A stretch of 64,000 nt of DNA from Amphiscolops sp. MND2022 (taxonomy: Eukaryota): positions 59,830,001 to 59,894,000 of the forward strand of contig OZ076413.1 in assembly GCA_964187785.1 (NCBI GenBank), in the 5' to 3' direction. Made by a program: the position numbers and the translations under genes. The notes below the pieces were generated by a model that saw only the letters and a list, made by a program, of their open reading frames with translations, was not told where the DNA came from and ran no database searches. Within the stretch, counting starts at the first letter, position 1. Each line of letters opens with the position of its first letter. Positions 21,901 to 36,200 of the stretch are shown in pieces.

Positions 21901-24275
21901 CAGCAAAATGCGGAAAATTGTTGTCGCATCTGCTGCAATATGCCGAAATCCATCATTTTACCCACACAAAACTATAGTCGAATTATACATCACTGAGCGG
22001 AAAAATAGTGACATGTATGCGTAAACCTACGGATTTTCAAGGTTCTCGCCACATTTGTGCGATATCTATTTCAACTGTCATGCAACGTAATTTTTATGAA
22101 CTATAAATCAAATATCGAATTATGACGTAACTCTTTTCTTTTATTTAGGGGACCATGACACCCACAAAAGCGATTGCCATCCCAGATACTCTTTTCCAAG
22201 ATTCGTGAGTGCAGAAAACAATCATTCTTTTGTATAACTTTCACCAGAAGCAGATGTCTAAACCTCTAACCCAATCGTTGGGAAAGCTTAATTTTTATTC
22301 ACCTTTTGTTGCACTTTGCAATTCGTTTTGATGAAGTCTCTTGAACAAGTCCAAACTCTTCGCCAACAACCACAAAACATTATCACTTGAGCAAGATGGG
22401 AAACAGAAGAAACAGGAGAGCAGGAGATTAGAAACACCAACTCCCGCCATTGAATTGAGCGAAGCACAGGTAGAAACACCAAATCAAGCAAATGAAATTT
22501 GTCTAATGTTAATACCGTTCATCAAGAAACTTTGGCTCTTGACGAAATACGGCCTCAACTAAACAGAACCCTGTCAAATGAGTAAAGAGATGCAAATGTG
22601 GACTGAAATATTTGATCAAAAGAATCATGATAGAATAATGAAGATGAGGGAAGAGAAGGAAAACAGGTTTGAAGCAATTTAGAAAGAAATATTAACTAAA
22701 AGTGCATCAACGATAACAAATCCTAGATCTGAAATAAACGGACTCAGAACATCAAACTTCGGGTCGGGATCCAAAAACGTTTGGTCTACTGGAGTTCACC
22801 CATTTAACGTTGAAATTTCAGACACAGATGTTGAAGATCACCCACTTAGAGCTTCTGATATGAGGGAATTAAGGAATCTTGCTAGACCACCAAAACGTAC
22901 AAAACTTAGATGAAACAATTATTTCAAAGGAAGACTATGAGGAAAAGCATTATCACATAGTGAAAGGAACCAACCGACAACTCCATAAACAGAACTCACA
23001 ACGTTCTCAGTCTCTAAATGATACCAAGGAATCGCCCTCAGACCAAAAACGTCAACATTGACAGAAAAACCCCTTGACCGAGTTATCCAAACTGCACTAG
23101 CAGTAGAAAAACTGCCAAACCGAAACTCTCAATAATCACTTTTCCACCCAAGAAATGCACTAACTTTCAACGGAAAAAATGAGAAAAAGAAGAAATTTAA
23201 ACACTTCGAAGACCTATTTCATACAACGCTTCAAATGCAACCGAACCTAACTGAGGAGATGAAAATTAACCATTTTCACGCACATCTCAGGATTTTGGCT
23301 CTAAAAACATTGAAGAACATACAAAAAACTCCAACTAGAGCTTTAGGAGACATTTTGAAAGTCTTTCGTAGAAAATCGGTTAAGCCGGAAGCCAGTGCAT
23401 TAGCAAAGCGTAGATTCAACAGACTCTTCTTTGCCCTGAAAACCAAAAACACCCGGACTTTTTCGAACACTGTAGTTCGGATATAACCTTTGGTCACAAC
23501 CCGAATTGATGAGTCATTTTGCTAGATTTATATTGTTTCAATGAATAGAATTTTCATCACTGCTTGAAACGAGAATTTTGAAACATTGCTCATACGTCAG
23601 TATGCAAAACATTTAGAGACGTACGTGCTTCATTGCGCTGATTTTAATTTTTAATAATGCGGTATAATGCGGGAAATTTCAGACGCATATTTAGCAAAAG
23701 GCGGAAAATTGTTGTCGCATCTGCTGCAATATGCCGAAATCCATCATTTTACCCACACAAAACTATAGTCGAATTATACATCACTGAGCGGAAAAATAGT
23801 GACATGTATGCGTAAACCTACGGATTTTCAAGGTTCTCGCCACATTTGTGCGATATCTATTTCAACTGTCATGCAACGTAATTTTTATGAACTATAAATC
23901 AAATATCGAATTATGACGTAACTCTTTTCTTTTATTTAGGGGACCATGACACCCACAAAAGCGATTGCCATCCCAGATACTCTTTTCCAAGGTTCGTGAG
24001 TGCAGAAAACAATCATTCTTTTGTATAACTTTCACCAGAAGCAGATGTCTAAACCTCTAACCCAATCGTTGGGAAAGCTTTCTTTTTATTCACCTTTTGT
24101 TGCACTTTGCAATTCGTTTTGATGAAGTCTCTTGAACAAGTCCAAACCCTTCGCCAACAACCACAAAACATTATCACTTGAGCAAGATGGGAAACAGAAG
24201 AAACAGGAGAGCAGGAGATTAGAAACACCAACTCCCGCCATTGAATTGAGCGAAGCACAGGTAGAAACACCAAAT
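18966..24275 (+). repeat. Out-of-register 2655-bp tandem duplication within the array
   Basis: Six ORF pairs are offset by exactly 2655 (e.g. 19633/22288, 20580/23235, 21394/24049). Junction ACACCAAAT|AGATTCAAC at 21620/21621. Confidence 0.9.
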
Positions 24276-27200
24276 CAAGTAAATGAAATTTGACTAATAC
24301 CGTTCATCAAGAAACTTTGGCTCTTGACGAAATACGGCCTCAACTAAACAGAACCCTGTCAAATGAGTAAAGAGATGCAAATGTGGACTGAAATATTTGA
24401 TCAAAAGAATCATGATAGAATAATGAAGATGAGGGAAGAGAAGGAAAACAAGTTTGAAGCAATTTAGAAAGAAATATTAACTAAAAGTGCATCAACGATA
24501 ACAAATCCTAGATCTGAAATAAACGGACTCAGAACATCCAAACTTCGGGTCGGGATCCAAAAACGTTTGGTCTACTGGAGTTCACCCATTTAACGTTGAA
24601 ATTTCAGACACAGATGTTGAAGATCACCCACTTAGAGCTTCTGATATGAGGGAATTAAGGAATCTTGCTAGACCACCAAAACGTACAAAACTTAGATGAA
24701 ACAATTATTTCAAAGGAAGACTATGAGGAAAAGCATTATCACATAGTGAAAGGAACCAACCGACAACTCCATAAACAGAACTCACAACGTTCTCAGTCTC
24801 TAAATGATACCAAGGAATCGCCCTCAGACCAAAAACGTCAACATTGACAGAAAAACCCCTTGACCGAGTTATCCAAACTGCACTAGCAGTAGAAAAACTG
24901 CCAAACCGAAACTCTCAATAATCACTCTTCCACCCAAGAAATGCACTAACTTTCAACGGAAAAAATGAGAAAAAGAAGAAATTTAAACACTTCGAAGACC
25001 TATTTCATACAACGCTTCAAATGCAACCGAACCTAACCGAGGAGATGAAAATTAACCATTTTCACGCACATCTCAGGATTTTGGCTCTAAAAACATTGAA
25101 GAACATACAAAAAACTCCAACTAGAGCTTTAGGAGACATTTTGAAAGTCTTTCGTAGAAAATCGGTTAAGCCGGAAGCCAGTGCATCAGCAAAGCGTAGA
25201 TTCAACAGACTCTTCTTTGCCCTGAAAACCAAAAACACCGGACTTTTTCGAACACTGTAGTTCGGATATAACCTTTGGTCACAACCCGAATTGATGAGTC
25301 ATTTTGCTAGATTTATATTGTTTCAATGAATAGAATTTTCATCACTGCTTGAAACGAGAATTTTGAAACATTGCTCATACGTCAGTATGCAAAACATTTA
25401 GAGACGTACGTGCTTCATTGCGCTGATTTTAATTTTTAATAATGCGGTATAATGCGGGAAATTTCAGACGCATATTTAGCAAAAGGCGGAAAATTGTTGT
25501 CGCATCTGCTGCAATATGCCGAAATCCATCATTTTACCCACACAGTACTATAGTCGAATTATACATCACTGAGCGGAAAAATAGTGACATGTATGCGTAA
25601 ACCTACGGATTTTCAAGGTTCTTGCCACATTTGTGCGATATCTCTTTCAACTGTCATTCAACGTAATTTTTACGAGCTATAAATCAAATATCGAATTATG
25701 ACGTAATTCTTTTCATTTATTTTGGGGACCATGACACCCACAAAAACGAATGCCATCCCAGATACTCTTTTCCAGGATACATGAGTGCAGAAAACAATCA
25801 TTCTTTTGTATAACTTTCACCAGAAGCAGATGTCTAATCCTCTAACCAAATCTTTGGGAAAGCTGTCTTTTATTCACCTTTTGTTGCACTTTGCAATTCG
25901 TTTTGATGAAGTCTCTTGAACAAATCCAAACCCTTCCCCAACAACCACAAAACATAATCACTTGACCAAGATGGGAAACAGAAGAAACAGGAGAGCAGGA
26001 GATTAGAAACACCAACTCCCGCCATTGAATTGAGCGAAGCACAGGTAGAAACACCAAATCAAGCAAATGAAATTTGTCTAATGTTAATACCGTTCATCAA
26101 GAAACTTTGGCTCTTGACGAAATACGGCCTCAACTAAACAGAACCCTGTCAAATGAGTAAAGAGATGCAAATGTGGACTGAAATATTTGATCAAAAGAAT
26201 CATGATAGAATAATGAAGATGAGGGAAGAGAAGGAAAACAGGTTTGAAGCAATTTAGAAAGAAATATTAACTAAAAGTGCATCAACGATAACAAATCCTA
26301 GATCTGAAATAAACGGACTCAGAACATCAAACTTCGGGTCGGGATCCAAAAACGTTTGGTCTACTGGAGTTCACCCATTTAACGTTGAAATTTCAGACAC
26401 AGATGTTGAAGATCACCCACTTAGAGCTTCTGATATGAGGGAATTAAGGAATCTTGCTAGACCACCAAAACGTACAAAACTTAGATGAAACAATTATTTC
26501 AAAGGAAGACTATGAGGAAAAGCATTATCACATAGTGAAAGGAACCAACCGACAACTCCATAAACAGAACTCACAACGTTCTCAGTCTCTAAATGATACC
26601 AAGGAATCGCCCTCAGACCAAAAACGTCAACATTGACAGAAAAACCCCTTGACCGAGTTATCCAAACTGCACTAGCAGTAGAAAAACTGCCAAACCGAAA
26701 CTCTCAATAATCACTCTTCCACCCAAGAAATGCACTAACTTTCAACGGAAAAAATGAGAAAAAGAAGAAATTTAAACACTTCGAAGACCTATTTCATACA
26801 ACGCTTCAAATGCAACCGAACCTAACTGAGGAGATGAAAATTAACCATTTTCACGCACATCTCAGGGTTTTGGCTCTAAAAACATTGAAGAACATACAAA
26901 AAACTCCAACTAGAGCTTTAGGAGACATTTTGAAAGTCTTTCGTAGAAAATCGGTTAAGCCGGAAGCCAGTGCATCAGCAAAGCGTAGATTCAACAGACT
27001 CTTCTTTGCCCTGAAAACCAAAAACACCCGGACTTTTTCGAACACTGTAGTTCGGATATAACCTTTGGTCACAACCCGAATTGATGAGTCATTTTGCTAG
27101 ATTTATATTGTTTCAATGAATAGAATTTTCATCACTGCTTGAAACGAGAATTTTGAAACATTGCTCATACGTCAGTATGCAAAACATTTAGAGACGTACG

Positions 27201-30200
27201 TGCTTCATTGCGCTGATTTTAATTTTTAATAATGCGGTATAATGCGGGAAATTTCAGACGCATATTTAGCAAAATGCGGAAAATTGTTGTCGCATCTGCT
27301 GCAATATGCCGAAATCCATCATTTTACCCACACAGTACTATAGTCGAATTATACATCACTGAGCGGAAAAATAGTGACATGTATGCGTAAACCTACGGAT
27401 TTTCAAGGTTCTTGCCACATTTGTGCGATATCTCTTTCAACTGTCATGCAACGTAATTTTTACGAGCTATAAATCAAATATCGAATTATGACGTATTTCT
27501 TTTCATTTATTTTGGGGACCATGACACCCACAAAAACGAATGCCATCCCAGATACTCTTTTCCAGGATACATGAGTGCAGAAAACAATCATTCTTTTGTA
27601 TAACTTTCACCAGAAGCAGATGTCTAATCCTCTAACCAAATCTTTGGGAAAGCTGTCTTTTTATTCACCTTTTGTTGCACTTTGCAATTCGTTTTGATGA
27701 AGTCTCTTGAACAAATCCAAACCCTTCCCCAACAACCACAAAACATAATCACTTGACCAAGATGGGAAACAGAAGAAACAGGAGGGCAGGAGATTAGAAA
27801 CACCATCTCTTGCCAGAGAATTGAGCGAAGCACAGGTAGAAACACCAAATAAAGGTTTTGAAATATTGACTAGTGTTAATACTGTTCATCGAAAAACTTT
27901 GGGTATTGACAAAATACGGCCTTAACTAACACAACCCTGTCAAATGAGTAAAGGGATTCAAACGTGGACTGAACTATTTGATCAAAAGAATCATGATAGA
28001 ATAATGAAGATGAGGGAAGAGAAGGAAAACAAGTTTGAAGCAATTTAGAAAGAAATATTAACTAAAAGTGCATCAACGATAACAAATCCTAGATCTGAAA
28101 TAAACGGACACAGAACATCCAAACTTCGGGTCGGGATCCAAAAACGTTTGGTCTACTGGAGTTCACCCATTTAACGTTGAAATTTCAGACACAGATGTTG
28201 AAGATCACCCACTTAGAGCTTCTGATATGAGGGAATTAAGGAATCTTGCTAGACCACCAAAACGTACAAAACTTAGATGAAACAATTATTTCAAAGGAAG
28301 ACTATGAGGAAAATCATTATCACATAGTGAAAGGAACCAACCGACAACTTCATAAACAGAACTCACAACGTTCTCAGTCTCTAAATGATACCAAGGAATC
28401 GCCCTCAGACCAAAAACGTCAACATTGACAGAAAAACCCCTTGACCGAGTTATCCAAACTGCACTAGCAGTAGAAAAACTGCCAAACCGAAACTCTCAAT
28501 AATCACTCTTCCACCCAAGAAATGCACTAACTTTCAACGGAAAAAATGAGAAAAAGAAGAAATTTAAACACTTCGAAGACCTATTTCATACAACGCTTCA
28601 AATGCAACCGAACCTAACTGAGGAGATGAAAATTAACCATTTTCACGCACATCTCAGGGTTTTGGCTCTAAAAACATTGAAGAACATACAAAAAACTCCA
28701 ACTAGAGCTTTACTTCTTTGCCCTGAAAACCAAAAACACCCGGACTTTTTCGAACACTGTAGTTCGGATATAACCTTTGGTCACAACCCGAATTGATGAG
28801 TCATTTTGCTAGATTTATATTGTTTCAATGAATAGAATTTTCATCACTGCTTGAAACGAGAATTTTGAAACATTGCTCATACGTCAGTATGCAAAACATT
28901 TAGAGACGTACGTGCTTCATTGCGCTGATTTTAATTTTTAATAATGCGGTATAATGCGGGAAATTTCAGACGCATATTTAGCAAAATGCGGAAAATTGTT
29001 GTCGCATCTGCTGCAATATGCCGAAATCCATCATTTTACCCACACAGTACTATAGTCGAATTATACATCACTGAGCGGAAAAATAGTGACATGTATGCGT
29101 AAACCTACGGATTTTCAAGGTTCTTGCCACATTTGTGCGATATCTCTTTCAACTGTCATGCAACGTAATTTTTACGAGCTATAAATCAAATATCGAATTA
29201 TGACGTAATTCTTTTCATTTATTTTGGGGACCATGACACCCACAAAAACGAATGCCATCCCAGATACTCTTTTCCAGGATACATGAGTGCAGAAAACAAT
29301 CATTCTTTTGTATAACTTTCACCAGAAGCAGATGTCTAATCCTCTAACCAAATCTTTGGGAAAGCTGTCTTTTTATTCACCTTTTGTTGCACTTTGCAAT
29401 TCGTTTTGATGAAGTCTCTTGAACAAATCCAAACCCTTCCCCAACAACCACAAAACATAATCACTTGACCAAGATGGGAAACAGAAGAAACAGGAGGGCA
29501 GGAGATTAGAAACACCATCTCTTGCCAGAGAATTGAGCGAAGCACAGGTAGAAACACCAAATAAAGGTTTTGAAATATTGACTAGTGTTAATACTGTTCA
29601 TCGAGAAACTTTGGGTATTGACAAAATACGGCCTTAACTTACACAACCCTGTCAAATGAGTAAAGGGATTCAAACGTGGACTGAACTATTTGATCAAAAG
29701 AATCATGATAGAATAATGAAGATGAGGGAAGAGAAGGAAAACAAGTTTGAAGCAATTTAGAAAGAAATATTAACTAAAAGTGCATCAACGATAACAAATC
29801 CTAGATCTGAAATAAACGGACACAGAACATCCAAACTTCGGGTCGGGATCCAAAAACGTTTGGTCTACTGGAGTTCACCCATTTAACGTTGAAATTTCAG
29901 ACACAGATGTTGAAGATCACCCACTTAGAGCTTCTGATATGAGGGAATTAAGGAATCTTGCTAGACCACCAAAACGTACAAAACTTAGATGAAACAATTA
30001 TTTCAAAGGAAGACTATGAGGAAAATCATTATCACATAGTGAAAGGAACCAACCGACAACTCCATAAACAGAACTCACAACGTTCTCAGTCTCTAAATGA
30101 TACCAAGGAATCGCCCTCAGACCAAAAACGTCAACATTGACAGAAAAACCCCTTGACCGAGTTATCCAAACTGCACTAGCAGTAGAAAAACTGCCAAACC

Positions 30201-33200
30201 GAAACTCTCAATAATCACTCTTCCACCCAAGAAATGCACTAACTTTCAACGGAAAAAATGAGAAAAAGAAGAAATTTAAACACTTCGAAGACCTATTTCA
30301 TACAACGCTTCAAATGCAACCGAACCTAACTGAGGAGATGAAAATTAACCATTTTCACGCACATCTCAGGGTTTTGGCTCTAGAAACATTGAAGAACATA
30401 CAAAAAACTCCAACTAGAGCTTTAGGAGACATTTTGAAAGTCTTTCGTAGAAAATCGGTTAAGCCGGAAGCCAGTGCATCAGCAAAGCGTAGATTCAACA
30501 GACTCTTCTTTGCCCTGAAAACCAAAAACACCCGGACTTTTTCGAACACTGTAGTTCGGATATAACCTTTGGTCACAACCCGAATTGATGAGTCATTTTG
30601 CAAGATTTATATTGTTTCAATGAATAGAATTTTCATCACTGCTTGAAACGAGAATTTTGAAACATTGCTCATACGTCAGTATGCAAAACATTTAGAGACG
30701 TACGTGCTTCATTGCGCTGATTTTAATTTTTAATAATGCGGTATAATGAGGGAAATTTCAGACGCATATTTAGCAAAATGCGGAAAATTGTTGTCGCATC
30801 TGCTGCAATATGCCGAAATCCATCATTTTACCCACACAGTACTATAGTCGAATTATACATCACTGAGCGGAAAAATAGTGACATGTATGCGTAAACCTAC
30901 GGATTTTCAAGGTTCTTGCCACATTTGTGCGATATCTCTTTCAACTGTCATGCAACGTAATTTTTACGAGCTATAAATCAAATATCGAATTATGACGTAA
31001 TTCTTTTCATTTATTTTGGGGACCATGACACCCACAAAAACGAATGCCATCCCAGATACTCTTTTCCAGGATACATGAGTGCAGAAAACAATCATTCTTT
31101 TGTATAACTTTCACCAGAAGCAGATGTCTAATCCTCTAACCAAATCTTTGGGAAAGCTGTCTTTTTATTCACCTTTTGTTGCACTTTGCAATTCGTTTTG
31201 ATGAAGTCTCTTGAACAAATCCAAACCCTTCCCCAACAACCACAAAACATAATCACTTGACCAAGATGGGAAACAGAAGAAACAGGAGGGCAGGAGATTA
31301 GAAACACCATCTCTTGCCAGAGAATTGAGCGAAGCACAGGTAGAAACACCAAATAAAGGTTTTGAAATATTGACTAGTGTTAATACTGTTCATCGAGAAA
31401 CTTTGGGTATTGACAAAATACGGCCTTAACTAACACAACCCTGTCAAATGAGTAAAGGGATTCAAACGTGGACTGAACTATTTGATCAAAAGAATCATGA
31501 TAGAAAAATGAAGATGAGGGAAGAGAAGGAAAACAAGTTTGAAGCAATTTTGAAAGAAATAATAACAACTAAAAGTGCATCAATGATAACAAATCCTAGA
31601 TCTGAAATGAACGGAACTCAGATCATCCAAACTTCGGGTCTGGATCCAAAAACGTTTAGTCTACTGGAGTTCACCCATTTAACGTTGAAACTTCAGACAC
31701 AGAAGTTGAAGATCACCCACTTAGAGCGTCTGATATGAGGGAATTAAGGAATCCTGCTAGACCACCAAAACATACAAAACTTAGATGAAACAATAATTTC
31801 AAAGGAAGACTCTAAGGAAGATGATTATCACATAGTGAAAGGAGCCAACCGACAACTCCATAAACAGAACTCACAAAATCCTCAGTCTATAAATGATACC
31901 AAGGAATCGCACTCAGACCAAAAACGTCAACATTGACAGAAAAACCCCTTGACCGAGTTATCCAAATTGCACAAGCAGTAGAAAAACTGGCAAACCAAAA
32001 CTCTCAACAATCACTCTTCCACCCAAGAAATGCACTAATTTTCAACGGAAAAAAGTAGAAAAAAAGAAATTTGAACAATTCGAAGACCTATTTCATACAA
32101 CGCTTCAAATGCAACCGAACCTAACTGAGGAGATGAAAATTAACCATTTTCACGCACATCTCAGGGTTTTGGCTCTAAAAACATTAAAGAATATACAAAA
32201 AACTCCAACTAGAGCTTTAGGAGACATTTTGAAAGTCTTTCGTAGAAAATCGGTTAAGCCGGAAGCCAGTGCATCAGCAAAGCGTGGATTCAACAGACTC
32301 TTCTTTGACCCTGAAAACCAAAAACTCTCAGGCTTTTTCGAACACTGTAGTTCGGATATAACTTTGGTCACATCCCGAATTGATGAGTCATTTTGCTAGA
32401 TTTAGATTGTTTCAACGAATGGACTTTTGATCACCACTTGAAACGAAAATTTTGATACATTGATCATACGTCACTATGCGAACAACTTAGAGACGTACGT
32501 GATTAATTGCGCTGATTTTAATTTTTGATAATGCGGTATAATGCGGGAAATTTCAGACGCATACACAGCAAAATGCGGAAAATTGTTGTCGCATCTGCTG
32601 CAAAATGCCGAAATCCATCATTTTACACACACAGTACTATAGTCGAATTATACATCATTGAGCGGAAAAATAGTGACATGTATGCGTAAACCTACGGATT
32701 TTCAAGGTTCTCGCCACATTTGGGGCAATATCTATTTCAACTGTCACGTAATTTTTATGAGTTATAAAAAAATAACGACTTATGACGCAGCAATTCTTTT
32801 CATATATTATGGGAACCATGACACCCACAAAAACGAATGCCATCCCAGATACTCTTTTCCAAGATACGTGAGTGCGGAAAACAATCATTCTTTTGTATAG
32901 CTTTCACCAGAAGCAGATGTTTAAACCTCTAACCCAATCTTTGGGAAAACCGTCTTTTTATTCTCCTTTTGTTGCACTTGGCATTTCGTTTTGATGAAAT
33001 CTCTTGAATAAATCCAAACCCTTCGCCAACCACCACAAAACATTTTCACTTGAGTAAGATGGGAAAAAGAAGGAACTGGAGGTCAGGAGATTAGAAACAC
33101 CATCTTTTGCCAGCGAATTGAGCAAAGCACAGGTAGAAACACCAAATCAAGGTACTGAAATTTTGACTAATGTTAATACTATTCTTCAAGAAACTTTGGG

Positions 33201-36200
33201 TAATGACGAAACACGGCCTCAACTAACACAACCCTGTCAAATGAGTAAAGGGATTCAAACGTGGACTGAAATATTTGATCAAAAGAATTATGATAGAATA
33301 ATGAAGATGACGGAAGAGAAGGAAAACAAGTTTGAAGCAAATTTGAAAAAATAATAGCAACTAAAAGTGCATCAACGATAACAAATCCTAGATCTGAAAA
33401 AAAACGGAGCTCAGAACATCCAAACTTTGGGATCCAAAAATGTTCAGTCTACTGGAGTTTATCCATGTAACGTTGAATTTTTAGACACAAAAGTTGAAGA
33501 TCACACACTTAGAGCTTCTGATTTGATAGAATTAAGGAATCCTGCTGGACCACCAAAATGTACAAAACTTAGATGAAACAAAAATTTCAAAGGAAGACTC
33601 TGAGGAAAAGGATTATCACATAGTGAAAAGAGCCAACCGACAACTCCATAAACAGAACTCACAACATCCTCAGTCTCTAAATGATACCAAGGAATCGCAC
33701 TCAGAACAAAAACGTCAACATTGACAGAAAAACCCCTTGACCGAGTGATCCAAACTGCACTAGCAGTAGAAAAACTGCCAAACCGAAACTCTCAATAATC
33801 ACTCTTCCACCCAAGAAATGCACAAACTTTCAACGGAAAAAATGAGAAAAAGGAGAAATTTGAACACTTCGAAGACCTATTTCATACAACGCTTCAAATG
33901 CAACCGAACCTAAGTGAGAAGATGAAATTTAACCATTTTCACGGACATCTCAGGGTTTTGGCTCTAAAAACATTCAAGAACAAACAAAGAACTCCAACTA
34001 GAGCTTTAGAAGACATTTTGAAAGTCTTTCGTAGAAAATCTGCTAAGCAGGAAGCCAGTGCATCAGCAAAGCGCAGATTCAACAGGCTTTTCTTTGACCC
34101 TGAAAACCAAAAACTTTCAGGCTTTTTCGAACACTGTAGTTCGGATATAACCTTTGGTCACATCCCGAATTGATGAGTCATTTTGCTAGATTTAGGTTGT
34201 TTCAATGAATGGAAGTTTGATCACTGCTTGATACGAGAATGTTGAACCATTGATCATACGTCAGTATGCGAAAAATTTAGAGACGTACGTGCTTCACTGC
34301 GCTGATTTTTATTTTTATTAATGCGGTATAATGCGGAAAATTTCAGACGCATATTCAGCAAAATGCGGAAAATTGTTGTCGCATCTGCTGCAATATGCCG
34401 AAATCCATCATTTCACCCACACAGTACTTCAGTCGAACTATACATCACTGAGCGGAAAAAGTGACATATACGCGTAACTCTACAGATTTTCAAGTTTCTT
34501 GCCATATTTGTGCGATATCTATCTCAACTGTCATGCAACGTAATTTTTTATCAGTTACAAATAGAATTACGACTTATGACGCAATTGTTTTCATATATTT
34601 TGGGAACCATGACACCCACAAAAACGGATTCCATCCCAAATAGATACTCTTTTCCAAGATACGTGAGTGCAGAAAACAATCATTCTATTGAATAGCTTTC
34701 ACCAGAAGCAGTTGCATAAACCCCTAACCCAATCTTTGGGAAAGCTGTCTTTTTATTCACCTTTTGTTGCACTTTGCAATTCGTTTTGATGAAATCTCTT
34801 CAATGAATCCAAACCCTTCCCCAACCACCACAAAACATTTTCACTTGAGCAAGATGGGAAATAGAAGAAACAGGAGGTCAGGGGTTAGAAACACCATCTC
34901 CTGCCAGGGAATTGAGCGAAGCACAGGTAGAAACACCAAATCAAGGTATTGAAATTTTGACTAATATTAATACCGTTCATCAAGAAACTTTGGCTCTTGA
35001 CGAAATACGGCCTCAACTAACAGAACCCTGTCAAAAGAGTAAAGAGATGCAAATGTGGACTGAAATATTTGAACAAAACAATAATTATAGAATAATGAAG
35101 ATGAGGGAAGGGAAGGAAAACAAGTTTGAAGCAATTTTGAAAGAAATAATAACAACTGAAAGTGCATCAACGACAACAAATCCTAGATCTGAAATATACA
35201 GGACTCAGAACATCCAACTTTCGGGATCCAAAAATGTTCAGTCTACTGGAGTTCACTCATCTAATGTTGAATTTTCAGACACAGAAGTTGAAGATCACCC
35301 ACTTAGAGTTTCTGATTTGAGGGAATTAAGGAATCCTGCTAGACCACCAAAAAGTACAAAACTTAGATGAAACAATAATTTCAAAGGAAGCTTCTGAGGA
35401 AAAGGATTATCACATAGTGAAAAGAGCCAACCGACAACTCCATAAACAGAACTCACAACATCCTCAGTCTCTAAATGATACCAAGGAATCGCACTCAGAC
35501 CAAAAAACTTCAACATTGACAGAAAAACCCCTTGACCGAGTTATCCAAATTGCACTAGCAGTAGAAAAACTGGCAAACAGAAACTCTCAACAATCACTCT
35601 TCCACCCAAGAAATGCACTAACTTTCAACGGGAAAAAATGAGAAAAAGGAGAAATTTGAACACTTTGAAGAACTATTTCATGCAACGCTTCAAATGCAAC
35701 CGAACCTAATTGAGAAGATGAAAATTAACCATTTTCACGGACATCTCAGGGTTTTGGCTCTAAAAACATTCAAGAACAAACAAAGAACTCCAACTGGAGC
35801 TTTAGAAGACCTTTTGAAAGTCTTTCGTAGAAAATTTGCTAAGCAGGAAGCCAGTCCATCAGCAAAGCGCAGATTAAACAGACTCTTCTTTGACCCTGGA
35901 AACCAAAAGCTCCCGGACTTTTTCAAAAACTGTAGTTCGGATATACCCTTTTTTGGTCACATCCCGAATTGATGAGTCATTTTGCTAGATTAGATTGTTT
36001 CAATGAATGGAAGTTTGATCACCGCTTGATACGAGAATTTTGAACCATTGATTATACGTCAGTATGCGAAAAATTTAGAAACGTACGTGCTTGATTGCGC
36101 TGATTTTAATATTTAATAATGCGGTATAATGCGGAAAATTTCAGACGCATATACAGCAAAATGCGGAAAATTGTTGTCGCATCTGCTGCAATATGCCGAA

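Noticed and set aside
16641-30140. Eight near-identical 60-aa ORFs (MLDHQNVQNLDET...) and the repeated 73-83 aa ORFs as a multigene family
   Set aside because: They are fragments or antisense shadows of the broken gag frame inside array units, and most rely on non-ATG starts.
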